Assembly (NCBI GenBank): GCA_010015805.1
Contig: ML978130.1
Span: 124,001 to 188,000, forward strand
Reading direction: 5' to 3'
Length of the DNA stretch: 64,000 bases
Source of the DNA: Rhizodiscina lignyota
Lineage: Eukaryota
Numbering within the stretch: position 1 is the first letter of the stretch; each line of letters starts with the position of its first letter. Shown here in pieces: positions 60,284-64,000 of this stretch. The translations under genes were made by a program, and so were the position numbers. The notes below the pieces were generated by a model. The model was not told the DNA's origin and made no database searches. It saw only the letters and a program-made list of their open reading frames with translations.

Positions 60284-63168
60284 TGTGAAGAGGAACGGCT
60301 GAAGCTACATCGTGAGGATGAGATGGGAGCTCCGACCCTCGGGAAAAGATGGAGTCGTCATGAATCTGCTTATCGATAAGGAAGTCTAAGGGGCTCAGTA
60401 ATGACTCTTCTCTATTGAGACGATCGGATTCTCATGTACTTCATTATGGCCCCTTAGCCTCTAATATCTCTAGATCCATTCGCCACTTCAAGTGCGCAGG
60501 CGAGCGTTTCTATTTCATAGGCCTTCTTTGCCCGGTTCCTATGCGAGTCCCTGAATCATTCTCTCTGACGAGATCGTCAGTCGCTTTTGCAGCAGCATTC
60601 AATAGTATATTTTCGTTACCTTCAATTGTTAAATTGATCGTCAATTAGTTATGTTCGGTCGAAATTTCCGAGATCTGGACTGCAATGGGTCGGTCAATTG
60701 ATCTTTAATTTACAAGAAGACCCGTTTTGACGATTGTATCTATCCACCTGGGCGAGTCGAGCCTCAACATATGTTTAATTAGCCTTCTTCTTTTTGTGTC
60801 AACTCTGGCATCTACATATGCTGACAGTAGTGTTGTCTCAAGTTATCTTATCACAGGTACCTTAATGAGCATCATCATCATCATATCGAGATTGCTGCGG
60901 TTAGCTTGTCGTTAGGCGACGTCGACGAGATGCAGTTCGTCCGTAACTTATCAATACGCTCAAAAGTAGCATTGCTCTTCTAGAGAGTATTAAGATCTCA
61001 TTCACGAGCTCATACGCCTTTAGCAGTCTCTGCCGGAAGTGAGACATCTCCAAATTCGCAAACCACCGAGACTGCCGAATAAAGCTATCGATAGTGGAGC
61101 AGACGGCAATGGAATGCCAAAGCACCATCTCGCATTTTCTCAAAGAATTATCGAAGTAGTATTCATCTTGATCTTTTGGAACATGTCCGCTCACCTTGCA
61201 CTTCTGGCTGATTGGAAACCTCAAACATGTCTCTCCAGGTCTGAATTTGGACGGCCATAATCCCGAGACATCTTCAGCAAGTAGAGTGGGAACTTCTTCC
61301 TATTTAAGTAAATATGTTCGAGAGAAAAGATTGGCGAGGGAATGCTAGCTTGATCAAGGATAATGCTAGAACTTCCATGACCACATGTCATCGAGATCGA
61401 GAGGATAATACCGCAGTCTTCATTTCTCTCATAGACACACATTTCCGTCTGACCAAGCCTCTCGTTACATCGGTTGTCAGTTCATTCAGGGAGCAGGTAT
61501 CACAGCATACTTGTCATTTTGCTGCACAATCACTTGCCTAAAACTGTAACCCATCTAAGAGCCCACATCACGCAAGTTCGTGATCTCAGCAAGCAATTCT
61601 CCTCATTTGCAGGCATCATGTCTCTCCAGCACGAAGTAAAGACTCTAACAAGATCATTGAGATAGACCCAAAATCTACATTCATGACTGACTTCGGACCT
61701 TGCAATGGTCGAGTGTGAGTGCAAAAGTTTGGAGCACGACAAGGACTTGGAATTTTAAAGCAAAAGGCCCAATTATACATATCACACGAAGCAGCGAATT
61801 GACGTAGAGATGTTGAGAAACATAACGAAACACATGAATGCGATGGTCCCAATGAAGGAGTTTGAATGTGCAAAAGCGCAAGACGCCGACTACTCATGAG
61901 CGACGACTCAGCCAGGTTCGGGGAAGGTCGCACCTAACGATAACAGGAAACCTCGATTATGTGCTGGAATTACCGAGCGGACACAAAGGGATTGGAAAAG
62001 ACAACGAAACGGTGTGGAAATCTGATCGCCCTGATTAAGATATGAACCCGTGATTTGCTCAGAGCTCAACAATGGGAAATACGATTGGCGACGTCGTTAT
62101 GTACCCGGCAGCCCGGAACACGTGGTGGCTGAGCACCCCCGGCCACCGTGTGAGAGCTGGAGGATTGGGTGAGCTCTCGTCCCGAGTTACGGGTTGTAGG
62201 TACGGTGCCAGTCGGTGAGCTGTGGCTGAGTTCCGATTGAGCAACATGCCAATGAGGATCTTAGTCCATTCCCAATACTAAAATAGGATCCTGAACGTGC
62301 CCTGATAAGGCGCGTTGTCGTTGGGCACAAAAGCAGCCCCAAGAGTTCAAATCTTCACCGAGATCTCGGGGCTACCATCGTTTGGTCACATTATGAGGGT
62401 GCTCTTCTCGCCATCGCCACGCAGAGTGGTAAGATTAAGGAATACAATGACGCCCGCGGCCGCCGTTACTCCGCTCTTTCATCGTGGAAAACCCGAAGAG
62501 TTTCGATATATTGCTCCGCTGACTCGGTCTTAACCGGGACCGTTCACATAGTGCTTTTTCCGCTGACGCCTTGAGCAAGTGATTGCTCACTTGCGCAGGG
62601 ACGCGGTCACGCAATACATTATACAATGCTGAGTCGTTGCGTGCAGTGCCTGTTTCCGCGCTGCTCTGTGCCTGACGCTAAAACTTCCCATTGGTTGCAC
62701 CAGTTACGCTTTGGTTACTTTCTTTGTACAAATAGGCCAGCTTACTCGGTGCCACAGAATTGAGTGCTGACACGATGGAAGTCGCCTTGAGAACATCGCC
62801 TACTCTCCCTCATATGGGGAATGCCGGAGGATCCCTCCAGCCTTAAGGCCCTCTGCTGAACAGTCTTTCAAGGTCAAGGTCAGTTCCGACGTCACTTCCA
62901 GCTCCACGGCAAACACGTCACTTCGTATCTTCAATATAAACAAGCCCCAACATTAGGTTACATGCGCAGCAAATAGCACGTTAATGTAGCATATCTGCCC
63001 ACTTCCTTTGCTCCTCTCAATGAGGTATATAATTCATCTCAACCTCGCTGATCTTCTAATTTCTTCCTCATCAACACCATCTGCCTCAGTCTTCCTCGCC
63101 CACTACGACTCATAGACCTCCTTTATCTTCCTAATTTAATTCACTCCATAATAAACAAACCCCCCAAG

Positions 63169-63612
63169 ATGTTCACCAAGACCTTCATCTCCCTCGCTGT
63201 GCTTGCCGCCAGTGTCGCAGCCGCTCCTCTTGAGCTCATCGAACGTCAAGATGCACCAGCTACCGTCTTCATGACTCCCTTCAAGCAAGTTGGCTGCCTC
63301 CAATCAGAGAACCCCCACTCAAGTATGTGCCTACTTCACTCTGCCCTCACTCTGCCCTCACGACTAACATCATTCACAGCCGAAAAACCGGAATCGTTCA
63401 ACGTCACCAGCGGCACATGCTTCACCCCGGACTACGCCTTCCAATCATACGTCGAGTCAACCAACTTCAACCCATCAACTACGCCGTGCGCGCTCTCCAT
63501 CTTCCCGGAGCCAAGCTGCGGCGGCGATGCGGCTGCTGCAACGCTCACCTCCTTCGGCGAGTGCGTTCCAAATCAGAGCGGTCAAAGCTTCCAGCTCAAC
63601 TGTGGTCCTTAG
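63169..63612 (+). CDS. Small secreted cysteine-rich protein (effector-like)
   Basis: Signal peptide MFTKTFISLAVLAASVAA, pro-peptide ending LIER, six Cys in the mature part after removing in-frame intron 63323-63379; TATA near 63027 and pyrimidine-rich leader. Confidence 0.8.
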   Translation: MFTKTFISLAVLAASVAAAPLELIERQDAPATVFMTPFKQVGCLQSENPHSSMCLLHSALTLPSRLTSFTAEKPESFNVTSGTCFTPDYAFQSYVESTNFNPSTTPCALSIFPEPSCGGDAAAATLTSFGECVPNQSGQSFQLNCGP

Positions 63613-63930
63613 AATGGCCGTCCAAGTGCAAGGAGATGCAGAAGTAGTAATTCGATTGTGGAAGCCATAGGTCAAAGCGGATGGCGGTGAACCGATGCGA
63701 ATAGCACTGAAACATCAAAGAAAGGAACAAACGACTTTTAATTCTTCATATCTTCGACATACATACGGTTATGACCCACGCGGTCTTTCTTCTCTCTAGA
63801 GATTTTCCTTTCTTTTATGGCTCTTATCAACGGCGTACAAGGCAAAACAAAAATGGGCGGCTGGTACTTGGTCATACAAATAATTGAGATGCAAAATCGA
63901 AATTGATCTTTCAAAACTGAAAACTTTCAT

Positions 63931-64000
63931 TGCATTAAACTATTTGCATTGAATCTATTTACATCGAATCTATTTGCAGTAAACTATTTGCATCGAACCT
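63931..64000 (+). repeat. AT-rich ~14-15 bp tandem repeat running off the window end
   Basis: aactatttgcattg / aatctatttacatcg / aatctatttgcagt / aaactatttgcatcg / aacct. Confidence 0.75.

Noticed and set aside
60900..61950. Series of short minus-strand ORFs
   Set aside because: No motif, no splice model and no transposase or RT signature
1370..63379. Apparent peptide insertions in several ORFs (1370-1417, ~3744-3794, 11585-11635, ~51750-51794, 63323-63379)
   Set aside because: Each is bounded by GT..AG with a branch-site-like motif; they are stop-free 3n introns read through by the ORF finder

Overview
Gene-dense chromosome segment of a filamentous ascomycete (Pezizomycotina-type short GT-AG introns with CTAAC/CTGAC branch points). 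About 23 protein-coding genes are supportable. The left end has a lipid/detox-type group (peroxisomal enoyl-CoA isomerase, EthD-like barrel, GRE2-like reductase, acyl-CoA dehydrogenase, glutathionyl-hydroquinone reductase). Further along are a small HhH/Cdd1-like protein, a ferric/cupric reductase, a HET-domain protein, a large possibly RasGAP/VPS9-like protein, two Zn-cluster regulators, an AKR7 reductase, a sugar porter, CYK3, a secreted beta-propeller, an LtrA protein, SRP54, RRP15, a PBP2-fold protein and a small secreted Cys-rich protein. There are also several pseudogene relics and a TA-flanked 256-bp MITE. The standout is a 118-aa Kex2-processed repeat protein (31531-31887, minus strand): a signal peptide plus seven copies of the pentapeptide GQTDW, each encoded by a different codon string and bounded by basic cleavage sites. 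It is a candidate secreted peptide signal or RiPP precursor, with no DUF3328 oxidase visible in this window. No rRNA, tRNA or CRISPR array was seen. All family calls come from motif recognition by eye, not database searches, and exon boundaries are manual.
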